Of a DNA stretch of 52,609 nt, positions 13,637 to 27,700 are shown piece after piece (the stretch's first letter is position 1; each line of letters begins with the position of its first letter). Origin of the DNA: Girardia tigrina (lineage: Eukaryota). Made by a program: the position numbers and the translations under genes. The notes beneath the pieces were generated by a model that saw only the letters and a list, made by a program, of their open reading frames with translations, did no database searches and was not told the DNA's origin. Where the stretch lies: NCBI GenBank assembly GCA_001938485.1, contig MQRK01248256.1, positions 9,723-62,331 of the forward strand. Reading direction: 5' to 3'.

Positions 13637-14142
13637 TTAATAAGTAAATGACATTCTCTTTTCTTTCTCCTTATTTTATAAATAATTAGATACAAAAAAT
13701 AAATATAATAAATTAATTAAATTCACATTTTTCTTTATACATCAAATATATATTTTTTATAACAATACTTATAAATTATTTTTCCACATAACCCAACATA
13801 TTATTGATATTATATATATCTTGATCATTATTTATATCGTCTGTCTTTTGTCGCCATCTCAAAATCAATCTGTAACATTTTTACTCAAACTCAAAAGCGA
13901 TCAACTGAAAATAAATTTGATTGTATTTGCAGAAAGAAAATAAAATTTTATCTGAAAATCTTTTTTTAAAAGGGGGTTTTTTGTTTACTTTACGCTAAAA
14001 ATAGTGATTTTCGTTTGTGATTAACAAAAAATTATGACTGAAAACTTATATGTAAAAAATTGCATTGGTTTAAATAATTAGTATACTAAGAGTTTTGTTT
14101 AAATAATCACAAATAAAATAATTCGAATTTGAAAACCGTTTT

Positions 14143-14553
14143 TTGATAAATTTTAAAGTGACTTCGATTAGAAATTCGAAGCCGCGTGTTTTTTTCTCGT
14201 CAATCCAATTGAAGGTCACCGGGACGACGATAACGACGAGATTAATCGATAATCGATTTGATTGCTCATCACTATTTCAGTTAATAGATCGAATTCATAT
14301 TAAATTTGATTGTAATAATAATTCTGTGATGTCATCGGCAATCTCGATCAAATGTAACGCCATTGATCTCGCATTGAGTGCCGATTCCAAGTTGTACGAA
14401 GATTCAGTTGGTGGACAAACCATTGTAACAATGAACAACCAATTGCTAATTAAATGGGTCCAGCACAATGAAAATGAAATACATCAACTGCTGCACGAAA
14501 AAACTACCCCCGTCCGATTCTCAGGGCAACCTGAGGGTCGTACGGAACACTAA
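14143..14553 (+). CDS. Hypothetical ORF, no recognisable domain
   Basis: 136-codon open frame, GC-richer than its flanks; begins at TTG, no motif recognised. Confidence 0.25.
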   Translation: MINFKVTSIRNSKPRVFFSSIQLKVTGTTITTRLIDNRFDCSSLFQLIDRIHIKFDCNNNSVMSSAISIKCNAIDLALSADSKLYEDSVGGQTIVTMNNQLLIKWVQHNENEIHQLLHEKTTPVRFSGQPEGRTEH

Positions 14554-14999
14554 ACATCTTAAAATTAAATAAATAATAAATGCTATTGAAAAATAAGAAA
14601 ATTTGTTCGAATAATCATTATTAAAAAATCCAGAAATAACAATAATTAGAATGATGAAAAATGGTGGAGTGTCATCACAGCTCTCGGAAGATCTTTCTCT
14701 ATTTAATGTCATTCTAATTGGTTTTTATTTCTGTCGTTTTATAGTGATTTTTCGAACAAGTATTCTTTTTCTTTCTAAATATTTATTAAAATAAATAATT
14801 TTAACAAACCTTTTATAACCTCAGAATTTAGTTCAAATAATTTAAACACATTTTAAGAACTCTAAATAAATTTCTATTTTAATTGATTTATAAAATATTT
14901 TATCAATTATAAAAATGTCATCAATTTATATTTAATTATATATTAAAATATTAGGCGCACAAATATATTATAAAAATTCTACTGTAAAGAATTCTACGA

Positions 15000-17800
15000 A
15001 AGAGACATCTAAACTCCCCCTAGCAGTTAGATCTGCAATCATAAAAGTCAGATGTGTTTCTTGAGTACCTATCGCTTCTTCCACCGCCGTCGAGATAGTC
15101 GGGCGGTACGTCACGGATTGAATCTGGTTGCCTGAAATTTTGAGGTTTTCTACAACTCTTTCTTCTGTGTTATTTGTTGTACTGGTTTGCGCTGGTGTCA
15201 TTGTCGGCTCTCCAATTTCTTCTGTCTCCTCCTATTTATGATCCCGGTAGAGGATCAGCTACCCCTTCGTTGTGTACAACTTTTTACATAGTGTACACGA
15301 TAATGGCAATTGCTGTTGTTGTGTCTCGTTGAGCTATTCAGGATTAGCGGAAGTGGATATTGTGTGGTCCCTTTTCATGTGTCTGTTCAGCTCCTTCTTT
15401 TCGGCAAACTCCTTGTAGCATCTTTCTACTGGACATTGGTGACGTTTGTCTCTCTCGTTGATCACTTCTGCACAGTTGTTCTTGTCCTATTGAGTCTTCC
15501 TGATCGAATTAAGGAGTTTATGTATTTTTCCCTGGATACAATAGGACCTCTGTGAATGATGCGGTTAATGAAATCTCCATAGACTGCATCAGCCCCAAAT
15601 AGCCACTGTATGTCCACTCGAAGGCATTCCAAAATTGATTGCTTCCTTCTCCCACTGATCTTTTTCCCCATTTATATTTCTCCCCTCCTGATTCGTTTGA
15701 TTGTCTCATAATCCTCTGAAGTTTCCGTCTTACTGTGTAAAGTTAGCCTTTTACTCGCAAAAAATTTTGAAACAAAACTTTAAACACCTAACCTGTGTTT
15801 TTAATGATCAACCTTTTTTAATGATCATTTCTTTTTCATTTGAGAAACTTTCTTTTTGTTAATTTTGCATGTTATATGACTTTAAATTTAAATTTTATAA
15901 TTTTTTTCTTTTACTTTTGTGTATTTAATTTCCATATTTTTCAAACATTTTCTACCTGGTTACCGATGTCCTAACAAAGATCATCAAAAACCTGGTATTT
16001 CCTATTGTAAATTGACTTTATCCAGATTTATCCTTTGACCTGATTCTTTGATTTTCCAAAAAAAAATTCTTCCCTCGTCAATATCCACCATCTTGATTGG
16101 ATTCAATTACAATAGTGTAAATCAAAATCTCCTTCTTAAACAATTGGGTGAATAGGCTATGTATTGACGGCCTAGTTTTTCATGATTTATTTTTTATTGA
16201 TTTGATATTATCATCGCTTTCAGCAATGTTGATTTTTCAATATAATAGTAATAATTGCAAAAATAATTAATGGCTGCTTGAAGTAAACTCTTCAAATGAG
16301 GACTGTGAAATGGGAAACCTTTTATTTTATTATAAATACAAATATCATGTAATGAATATTACAGAGTAAATAACTCTATCGCTTCTCATAAACATAACAT
16401 AAGAAATGTGTCTTCCCAAGTCATCGACGGAACAACAACAGTTGCTTCATCCATCTATTTCTACGTGCTCAAGTTGGTTTTACGGCAAGACTCAATTTGG
16501 TTTATACAAATTAATTTACTACTCTCTACCAGATGTTTATAATATCAAAAGAGGAATTCCCTCGTACAATAATTGGTGGAATCTTTGGTTATATCGGATA
16601 TTTTCAGACAAATCTAAGCAAACCCCGCGACCTTTTTCTATATTCCTTATCTTAAGTTTGAACAAGTATCACATGCAACGTAATAAAGGTCGAATTGTGC
16701 AATATAAAATAGAGATAGCTTTCATTACAAAATACTTCAATTTAGTAAAATATGATTACATCACGTTTATCATTGTTACATGTATTACAAAAATACAAAT
16801 ATTATAACCATTCAATCTTTGACCTTATTGAAGTTTTAAGTTATTAAAATCATTCTAAACAGCGGTCAGATATTAAATAATTACGAGTTATCGTCCACTG
16901 ATTCTTGCTCAGACTCCATTTATTCAAGCCTCTCCAAAAATGAGAAATTATAATTGAAAAAAAAATATTTTAGTTTTACTTACATAAAACTATCTTCTGT
17001 TGAATGGTGCTGCAGAAACATCAAGCAAAAGTAATATCTATAAATAAAAAAGGAAGACATTCGGCATATACCCCTTCATATAGACTTATAAAACATGAGA
17101 AGGTTTATTATATCACATTTATTTCATTTTCGAGTTGTTTTGAGTTTGAATTAAAAATACTTGTAATTCAACGTCATAAAACTTGTTCCGAGTCTTAGGA
17201 TACCAGGGGAAGATGTAATATCTCTAGGGATATGAAATAATTAATTACTGATGATGGTCAATTGAGATAGAAATATATTCAAAAATAGATTTAAAACATA
17301 TTCTTCGTCAAATATTTAAAAAATATCAAGTTATTCTTCATCAGATTGTATATTTCTCGTAATCCGGATCTCTGGGAACTATAATAATGTATCTGGAGTA
17401 GACTAATTCTGGATTACACAAATTATTAGGAATCATTCACAAATAGAGAAATAAAGAAAGAAATTTATATTCACGAGATAATTATTAAATAATTTCTTTA
17501 TTTCTTTACTTTTACTTGAAAATTCATCCGGAGTAAACCAATTTCCAGATTATTCGCATCCAGATCACAGAATTTTCATTATATGGAGCAAACCGAATTT
17601 TTAATCGGGACTTAATATTTTATCCGATTTAACGATTTTCCGGAGTGAAATATCTAAGAAGATTCAACAATATTTGATTAACTGATTCTGAATTTTTTGA
17701 TCGGTCCTGTTTCCAGTTATCTTCCTTTCGATCGATAGTAATTACTTATTATTTACGTCTTAGCCTTTACCTGACAGACTTTCTCGTTTTCTGTAATCGA
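15000..17800 (-). mobile_element. Decayed gypsy-like retroelement remnant ending in C2H2 zinc fingers
   Basis: Weak RNase H-like (TNYCTRE) and integrase zinc-binding-like (YSGYLG..C) traces, then HQCPVERCYKEFAEKKELNRHMKRDH (about 15365-15442) and a second, broken finger CTLCKKLY. Confidence 0.4.
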
Positions 17801-18184
17801 ACTTCAACTATCGTTTTCTTCTTCCGTCCGTTATTTGTTTGTAATAATATAATTATTATACAATTCTTGTTAAATTTTTCTTATTTAATAATATAAAAGA
17901 AGAACATGTAGAAAATGTATTCTGAGTGATTTCGACTGTATATATAATAAAATTTTGAATATTACACTAAAAATAAAAAGTTAGCAATGGTCGAAGGTAT
18001 TTATATTATTAAATACAAATGTAATGTTAATTATATCATTCATATTTTTAACTTTCAAACTTTTATAATTTATTTTTATTAATTTGCTAAAATATTCTAA
18101 AATATCACAATTAAATTAATTTTTAGTGTCCAAATTATCGTTTTAGAGTTTCGTGAAATAAAAGGTAATGAAGAAGTTCCTATT

Positions 18185-18757
18185 TCAAAAAAGTGTTTTC
18201 TTTTTATAATCGACGTCGTCATTGTGTTGTGATCGGACGCATTCGTTATTGAAACTTGCTTCGTTTAATAGTCGAACAATATGGATATGACCATGTGATT
18301 CAGCAAAATGAATGGGTCGTTTTTTCTGAATATCCATCAATAAGTGATTTATTAATGGATAAAGAATTACGTGGTCGTCTTCACATTCGATTTCACATTT
18401 TGAGTCAATCAATTTTTTAACAATATCTTCATAACCCTTTGAGGCTGCGTAATGAATCGGACGTTTTTTCTAAATCTTTTTTGTGATTACTCTTTATTTA
18501 TAAATAATAAAATACATTATCGCTTTTACATTCAACATTGCATTTCATGTCAATCAAAATGATAATAATATCGATATGACCATGTGAGGCAGCATAATGA
18601 ATTGGTCTCCATTTCTAAACAAAACATAAAATTTGATGTCTTGTCAACAGTAAATTACATTTTTGTCTTCGCATTCTATATCACATTTAGACTCAATCAA
18701 TAATCTAACAATATCGGTATGACCTTTTCTAGTAGCCAAATGAATCGGTCGCTGTTT
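18185..18757 (-). repeat. Ankyrin exon cluster 5 (3 repeat exons plus terminal exon)
   Basis: About 144-nt period; introns 44, 46, 45 nt. Confidence 0.92.
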
Positions 18758-21700
18758 CTGAATATTTAATATTAATTTATTTATTTATCAAAATTCATTT
18801 TAAAATTTGAAAACAATAACATGCCTTTATAAACATTTATAATGTGAGGAGCTTTAATTTTTATAAATAACTTTTAAAAGAAGAAAATATCTAAAATTCA
18901 AGGTTTTGGAAAGAATTATTATTAAAAATATCTCTAATTAATTTTAAACAGTTATTTTCAAGAATAATTTAATTTTATTTGTTAAAACTTTAAGTTGAAA
19001 TTAATTGTCAAATAATTGATTTTAAAATAATTAATTCAAAAAAAATATGGAAAGTCAATGAAAATTATGTTTTAAATTAATTTTAAGTTATTCTCAAAAA
19101 AAATTAATGAAATTTTTGATTGATAGAAATGTAATTTTTAAAAGCAAATAATTGTTAAATATTAAAGTTGTTAGAAATTTTGTAAATTAATAATTTGATA
19201 AATATTTAAATTTTAATCAGCTTTTTAAAAAATAAAACAACCATTAAAAATTTATAATTAATATAAATTTTAGAGTATAACAATAAATTTAAATATTCTA
19301 ACTAACAATTCTATTTTTTGTATTTAAATTATATAAATATTAAATGGTTTTTAAATTAAAAACATTTAAATTAATAGAAATCGTTGTAAACTTGCTAAAA
19401 TACGTTTTTAAAAAGGATGTAAAATAAAAATTAAAATATTAAAATTTTAATCTATAAAATTAATGTAATACAAAAAATAATAAATTCAATTTTTAAAATA
19501 ACGTTTTTATAAATAACTTATCAGTACTTATAATCCAGTATTTTTATGTATAATTAATCTGGTCATAAAGAAAACAAAAGAAAAGTTCCTCAAGAAAAAT
19601 TGTTTAAATAATTGTTATTGTGATCGAAATAAAGTTTTGTGATAATGAATTCTATTCTTGATCAAGAATCCAACATATAACATTCTTCATTAAATGATCA
19701 AAAGTCTTCCAAACGATATATACCTTGAACGTTGAGTTATAAACTTGACAGAACGGTGCTGCTATTTACTATCTATGACCAGAAAAATTCAGCCACAATT
19801 TTCGATGGACTCATATCAAAAGTAAACCACATGATACAGAATTTCAATCTTTTATCCGTTTCCATTGACTTTGAAAAAGTTCGTCAATTTATAAAGAGAA
19901 CTAATGCTCTATCGAAATATATTTGTTAAAGTATAAATTTATTTTTGTCATAAAATGGTTTTCTATTGTTTTCAAACATTATTGGCTTTTGTTTATTTTA
20001 AATCGTAAATTACATATGCATTTTCACATTCGATGTTGCATTTTGCTTCAATCAATATCCGTACAATATCGATATGACCATTGGAAGTAGCAGAATGAAT
20101 CGGTCTCCATTTCTAAATATGTCTAGAATAACTTAAGCTTCATTGTCAATTAATTACGTTATTATTTTCACATTCAATATTGCATTTCGATTCAATCAAT
20201 AATTTAACAATTTCTTTTTGACCATTTTCAGAAGCAAAATGAATTGGTTTCCATTGCTAATTATTTTTAAAATAAATAATGTGTCATTAACAATCGATTA
20301 CATTTTTAGTTTCGCATTCGATGTTGCAATTGGATTCAATTAATAAATTAACAATGTCTTCATGACCCTTCTCAACAGCACAATGAATCGGTCGTTTTTT
20401 CTAAGTGTTTGACAATGAATATTTTCTTTATCAAAATCAAATACCTGATAGCTTTCACACTCAATATTACAATTTGATTGAATCAATAATATAACAATAT
20501 CTCTATGACCATTTGATGCGGCATAATGTATCGGTCTCATTTTCTAAATATCATATAATAACTATATTAATCACAATAAAAAAGCATTTCAGTTGTAAAT
20601 AGTTATGAAAAATAGTTATACAAAAAATACTATTAATGATGTAATGTAATTAAGTAATAATTTGTTTTAATTAAATATTTTATTAAATGTAACAATGTAA
20701 TAAAATTTAATTAAAAAAAGTTGTAAAAAATACTAAAGTAAAATCAATTTGTTAAGACACGGGTAAAGGAGAAACACTTTCCTTTACTCTACTACTGTGC
20801 TCAACAAAAGAAGACAATAAATCTTCTATTAATTTGTTTAATCTCCTATGGAGTTTATTAAATGAAATCTTCCTTGGTTTTAATTATAACAAATAATCAA
20901 TATCAATTAACAATAATGTAAGACGATAAGATTTATTTATAATATGAACAATATTATACAATTTATTTGAAATGAAATAAAAATATAAAAGAATATCCTA
21001 ATGTGAGTTGTAATTAGACCACTTCGAAAACACCGTTTCAAAGCGTTCTATATTTTGATAAATACCGATTACTAGTTTATTATAAATTTAAATTACTGAT
21101 TTTATTTAATTAAATAATTTAGTGTAAAAAGAAAAAGAGAATTCAATAACCTCGTGCTTCCAGACTTGTCGAAAATAACGTGCAAAATAGACTTCTAGAC
21201 TTATCGAAAATAAACGTGCAAAATAGAATTCCAAAATTTCCCCGTCAAAAATAAACGTGCAATTGAATTCCAAATTTCTAATAGACTCGTAAACTGGTCA
21301 AGAGAATGATCTGTAAAAGATTATATGATTTCCTTTTTTAAGAAAAAATTTATTACCTGTAAAAGATAATATGATTTCGTTTTTAAGATGCTTAATCAAT
21401 TATTTTATATTATTCAAAAAGATGCGTGGCTTAATGTTGGTTACGCGTATAAGATAATAAACTATGGATGCGTGGCCTAGAAAATAAGAATGGTCGTACG
21501 CGAATCACGGAAATAAACGCGTGGTTGTACAAACGCGTGGCTTACGCGAAAAATAGATTATAGGTCTTTTAAAATAATCTTTTGACCTTTAAAACTTGTT
21601 CTTCTTAATATTATCTTTTAAAATATAAATAATAATATAATATTACCCATTCTAAAATATAAATAATAATATAATATTACTTATTTTCTTTTAAATATAA

Positions 21701-24700
21701 ATAATAATATTACGGTAAATAACAAATCTTATTATTTACTAAAAAAAATATACTGTCAGCAAGCACAGGAAAATAATAACAATTTACAACTATCAAATAA
21801 TAAACTATTTATTTATACTTTCAAGAACAATTAATTAATAAAATAGTTCATGTACATTCCCCAACAAATTAACATATATAAATACATTTTAATTAAAATA
21901 TGTCAAGGCTTTACATACAACTGTAAATATATAATATGCACAATATAACTTTATGCATCAAATAAACATAACTTTTTTTACATCGAAAAGTTTTTTAATA
22001 AACCTTTTAAATATTCTGTAGTGTTACAAACTTCATAGTTTGGAACTATTCTCAAAATTCTTGCTTCAGCTTCAGGATATTTAGTTCTTTTGAGGCTGGG
22101 TTGATCTCTCATACATTTTATAAAATATTTGATTAAAGTAAAATTTTATTACATTTATACATTTAATGCCTATACTTGATAAAACTAAAATTATATTACA
22201 TTATTACATTTAATGAAATATTTGATTAAAACTAAAATTTTCTTTAATAAAATTTGTTGCGGTGCCCACAGATGCGTACTCTCTTTCAGGAAAGGCAAAT
22301 AATTTTGATATAACAAATAAAAAGCGGTATAAGTTCAGTCTCTTGATAGGATAAAATTCTATTTGCCTTTATTATAACAGCAACACCTAATTCATAAATC
22401 ATAATTTTAATTTTTTATTCGAATTAAAGTATTTGAATTACAATTCCATAGCAGGAATCGATATTGCCCTGAAATTATAATTCGAATTTTAATTATTAAA
22501 TTTATTATTACACATATTGTTGTTTAATGTGATTCATTATTTCATACGTTTGTTTAAGTCAGCTGTTTACCTATTGAGAATTTCATTTAAATATATCTTT
22601 TTGCTCGTCGCGCTTGTTATTTACGCATATTATTATAATTATTATACAGTTGATACGAATGTCACCCATCTGACTACGACCGCATAAATTTAAGGTCCAT
22701 CAGACGGAACTAACAACCAGATGATAATATGATAAATATATATGATAAATTATGCATATGATGTTATTTATCTAACAGAAGAAAGCATTATTGATATCAT
22801 TTTCTGAATAGTATGTAATAAATAATCTTTTATCAATATCAATTTACATTTTTGTCTTCACATTCGATATCACATTTCAAATCAATCAATAACCTCAGAA
22901 TATCGGTATGACCATTTGATGCAGCACAATGTGCGGGTCTCCAACCCTAAATAATAATTAATAACTGGTTTACTTAACAATTATCAATCACAAAATTGTT
23001 TCTACATTCGATATTGCAATTTAACTTAATAAATAATCTAACAATATCTATGTAACCATTTTCAACTGCAAAATGTATCGGTCGCATATTCTGAATATTT
23101 GACGTTAATTGATTTTAATGTCCATCATCACATACGTAATTATCTTGACATTCGATGTCGCAATTTAACTCAATAAATAATCTAACAATATCTATATTAC
23201 CATTTTCGGCAGCGAAATGAATCAGTCGCTTTTCCTAGACAATTATTATTTCAAATAATTGATGTATTTGTGAATAATAAATTACAAAAGTATTTTCACA
23301 TCCGATAATGCATTTCGATTCAATCAATAATTTAACAATATCAATATGACCATTTACTACCGCACAGTGAATTGGTCTCATTTTCTGAATTTATCAATAA
23401 TTTTTCGAAATATCAATAATAATTTACATATTTGTCTTTGCATTCAATATCACAATTTAATTCGATCAATAATTTAGTAACCTCAATATGACCATTGGAC
23501 GAAGCATAGTGTAACGGTTCCTTTTTCTAAACCATTTAAATATCTGATATGTATTTCCTTTAACTACATTTTTTTGAAATATATAAAATCCATTTTTTTA
23601 AATTTATTTTGACAGTTGTTTTCGTTATTTGCAAAAATTCAAAATAATTTAAACAACTTTTACTCAAATATAATTTATTTATATTCAACGAAGTCTTTAC
23701 CAGAAAGACGATATTTCAAAGAAAAATTTTAATCTTTGTTATTTGAAAATTATAAATGAAATAATATTATTTAAAATATGACGATAATGAATTTTTAAAA
23801 GTCAAAAATATTTCGTCAGAATATATTGTGATTAATTTCGACGGATTAACCGTCATCATCAGACTTAATTAACAATGATATACTCGTGTTTATATATCAA
23901 AGCAATGTTTATATAATCATTATGTCATTTAAATCATGAAAATACTTTCAATAAAGTTGAAGAGGTTGATGTTTGGACATTGATTTTAGGATCAAAAGAT
24001 TTGATCAACAATTTGATCCGTCGAAATTAATCACAATATATTCTGACGAAAATTTTTTGACTTTTAAAAATAATATTATGATGCCTTATTTGTTTCTAAA
24101 ATGTGTAGTGGACCTTTTTATTTTATGAATTGTCTTATGGTATCGCACAAAGTTGAACATGAATTTTCCTATCATGTCTTTATCTCATCGTCTCTAATAA
24201 CGTTTCGCCATTAAGTATGTCCTGTATATCCTGGTATCCACATGATCCTTACTTACAACACCTAAATTTTCTATAGCCAAAGACTTGATGACTAACAAGC
24301 AGCTTCTTCAAAAGATTATTGTAGTGTGAGGTTTTTTGTGGCCCAGCAAACCAAAAAAAAACATTCATAAATTCAATCCATGATCTTATTTCTGTCCTTA
24401 TTCTTTTTCCTATCAGAATTTCTGATACAAACATTTTCTTCCCCTGTAGACCGATAAATGCAGCTGCATCCAATTTATCATAATAATTTGGGAAACATGG
24501 ACCTTGAAACATTCACCGTTTTGAAATGGTATTGAGACAAACTTTTTTATTAATCCAAGTTTAATATACACGGTGCGGCAGCTATTTGAGAACAAAATGA
24601 CATAAAGTTCAAAAAATGAATATACAACAGAAAAATAACATTTATTACAATTTATAATTTTACATATATTAACACGTACATAAAGGACTANNNNNNNNNN

Positions 24701-27700
24701 NNNNNNNNNNNNNNNNNNNNNNNNNNNNNNNNNNNNNNNNNNNNNNNNNNNNNNNNNNNNNNNNNNNNNNNNNNNNNNNNNNNNNNNNNNNNNNNNNNNN
24801 NNNNNNNNNNNNNNNNNNNNNNNNNNNNNNNNNNNNNNNNNNNNNNNNNNNNNNNNNNNNNNNNNNNNNNNNNNNNNNNNNNNNNNNNNNNNNNNNNNNN
24901 NNNNNNNNNNNNNNNNNNNNNNNNNNNNNNNNNNNNNNNNNNNNNNNNNNNNNNNNNNNNNNNNNNNNNNNNNNNNNNNNNNNNNNNNNNNNNNNNNNNN
25001 NNNNNNNNNNNNNNNNNNNNNNNNNNNNNNNNNNNNNNNNNNNNNNNNNNNNNNNNNNNNNNNNNNNNNNNNNNNNNNNNNNNNNNNNNNNNNNNNNNNN
25101 NNNNNNNNNNNNNNNNNNNNNNNNNNNNNNNNNNNNNNNNNNNNNNNNNNNNNNNNNNNNNNNNNNNNNNNNNNNNNNNNNNNNNNNNNNNNNNNNNNNN
25201 NNNNNNNNNNNNNNNNNNNNNNNNNNNNNNNNNNNNNNNNNNNNNNNNNNNNNNNNNNNNNNNNNNNNNNNNNNNNNNNNNNNNNNNNNNNNNNNNNNNN
25301 NNNNNNNNNNNNNNNNNNNNNNNNNNNNNNNNNNNNNNNNNNNNNNNNNNNNNNNNNNNNNNNNNNNNNNNNNNNNNNNNNNNNNNNNNNNNNNNNNNNN
25401 NNNNNNNNNNNNNNNNNNNNNNNNNNNNNNNNNNNNNNNNNNNNNNNNNNNNNNNNNNNNNNNNNNNNNNNNNNNNNNNNNNNNNNNNNNNNNNNNNNNN
25501 NNNNNNNNNNNNNNNNNNNNNNNNNNNNNNNNNNNNNNNNNNNNNNNNNNNNNNNNNNNNNNNNNNNNNNNNNNNNNNNNNNNNNNNNNNNNNNNNNNNN
25601 NNNNNNNNNNNNNNNNNNNNNNNNNNNNNNNNNNNNNNNNNNNNNNNNNNNNNNNNNNNNNNNNNNNNNNNNNNNNNNNNNNNNNCGTAAGAGTAGCTTC
25701 TGCCATGTCTACCAGCAAAAATAAAATTATGTAATTATAACACACAAAAAGATATGGTGTCTATATTACGTGTTCTCAAATAGCTGCCGCACCCTGTATA
25801 GTGATGGAAGGAAGAACTTTTTGGACATGAACTAGAGAATTATGTTTCACATTCAAATTTCCAGGACGCAAATCATCTTTAGGGGACCATTACTTCCCAA
25901 TGTAGTGATCTGCAGTATCTCTGCTATTCCACAGACACAATAAATAAGAATATTTAGTAAAATTACTCCAGAGTCCAAATAAAAACCCCAACATCTTAAA
26001 ATCTTCACATACATCAAAATTATATTAATCATAATTGATCCTCAATAGTAAACACTTAACATTATCAAAGTTTTCTTTCAAATGAACAGAGTGGCCCACG
26101 TGAATTTATAGATGTTCGTTTCCGTTGTGTAGTAGTAACGCTTTTAAAATTACACTGAACTATCAATAAAAAAGCTACTTGCTAGGTTAAAATGTAGTTC
26201 TCATCTTTTAAAATAGTTTTTTTTATATTTGAGAAGTAACAAAGTGACTCCTCCCTCAAAAGAATTGAGCATAGAATATACACAGTTTTTGATACTTAGA
26301 CGTCGATTAATACGTCGACAGTAAGATGATTCCATTCTTTCAGTTTTGATACTAGGAGTTCATTAACCCATTTATGAAGAATCAAATCTCGTACTACACC
26401 ATTGGGCTACCACATCCAATGGATATAACTGCATGTAAAAGACTCACGTTCCATTGCAAAATGGAGTCCGCAGAGACGATCATACTTCAGACACTGTGGA
26501 GTGCAAATATACCAATTGGAAAGAAGATCAGTGGACCCTCTAAAGAGTCTAGTGGCTCAATACCATTCGAAAGAGATTGGAGGCCCACAACACCATTAAC
26601 TGCTTCCTGGTTAGAAAAAGGAAGTTCAACTAGTGACTTAGCTAAAAAATCATCATCATCGTCGCAATTACAGTTATCATGAAAATCATGCTTATCATCG
26701 TAGCCGCTACAAATATCAGTCCAAGGAACAAGAAACAGAAGCAGAAATCGATACAGAAGAAGCAATCATTTTAAATAATATTATGATTTTTAAATAATTT
26801 TATTGGTTTGCAAAATGCATTTAATGACTTGCAAATGGTATAAATTGAAAATATTGATGATTTGGTCTAAGGAATAATTTTTCGGAAATCAGAAAAATTA
26901 TTGACCAAAAGACAACTGTCGAATAATATATTTTAAATTGGATTGTATTTATCTTAATAACATTTTTTAATAATACTACAAATTTTACATTTTTGTTTTT
27001 TATTTTCATCTGGCAGTTTGACTCAATCAATAATTTCACAATGTCGACGTGACCCTTTTCAGCAGCACAATGAAGTGGTCGCTTCATCTTAATATTTAAT
27101 ATTAATACATCTATTTATAAATTATCAACAACATAATTATCTTCACACTCAATATTGCAATTTGATTGAATTAATAATCTAACAACATCAATATGTCCAT
27201 ATGATACGGCGTAATGAATCGCTCTCCACCTCTGAGTATTTTAAAATAACTGCATTTTATCAGTAATAAATTACAAATTCATTTTCGCTTTCGATGTTGC
27301 AATTTGATTCAATTAATAATCTAACAATTTCTAGGTGACCTTTTTGAGTAGCATAATGAAGCGGTCGCTTTTTCTGAAAGGATTGTAATAACTCATTTTT
27401 TATCACTACTCGATTACAGTACTGTTTTCACATTCGATATCACATTTTGATTCAATCAATAATCTAACAATATCGACATAACCATTAGAAGCAGCACAAT
27501 GAATTGGTCTTGATTTCTAAACACTTCGAATAAGTGATCTCAAATCAATATTCAATTACATTATTGTTTTCACATTCAATGTTGCAGTATGATTCTATTA
27601 GTAATCGAACGACATCGACATGGCCATTTGATGCAGCACAATGTATTGGAGTTTTTTTCTAAAAGTTTTTAAATAGTTGATGCAAGATATTAAAAAGTTA

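Noticed and set aside
21150-21550. Short tandem repeats (GTCGAAAATAAACGTGCA; ACGCGTGG)
   Set aside because: Few degenerate copies, probably TE subterminal repeats; no further structure seen.
24669-25745. Long ORFs spanning N runs (also 10621-11001, 44428-44865, 50837-51949)
   Set aside because: Artefacts of translating gaps.
26821-26988. Read-through of the exon at 26989 into a hydrophobic tail (possible membrane anchor)
   Set aside because: A good GTAAAA donor is present and I/F/L-rich translation is expected from AT-rich intron DNA.
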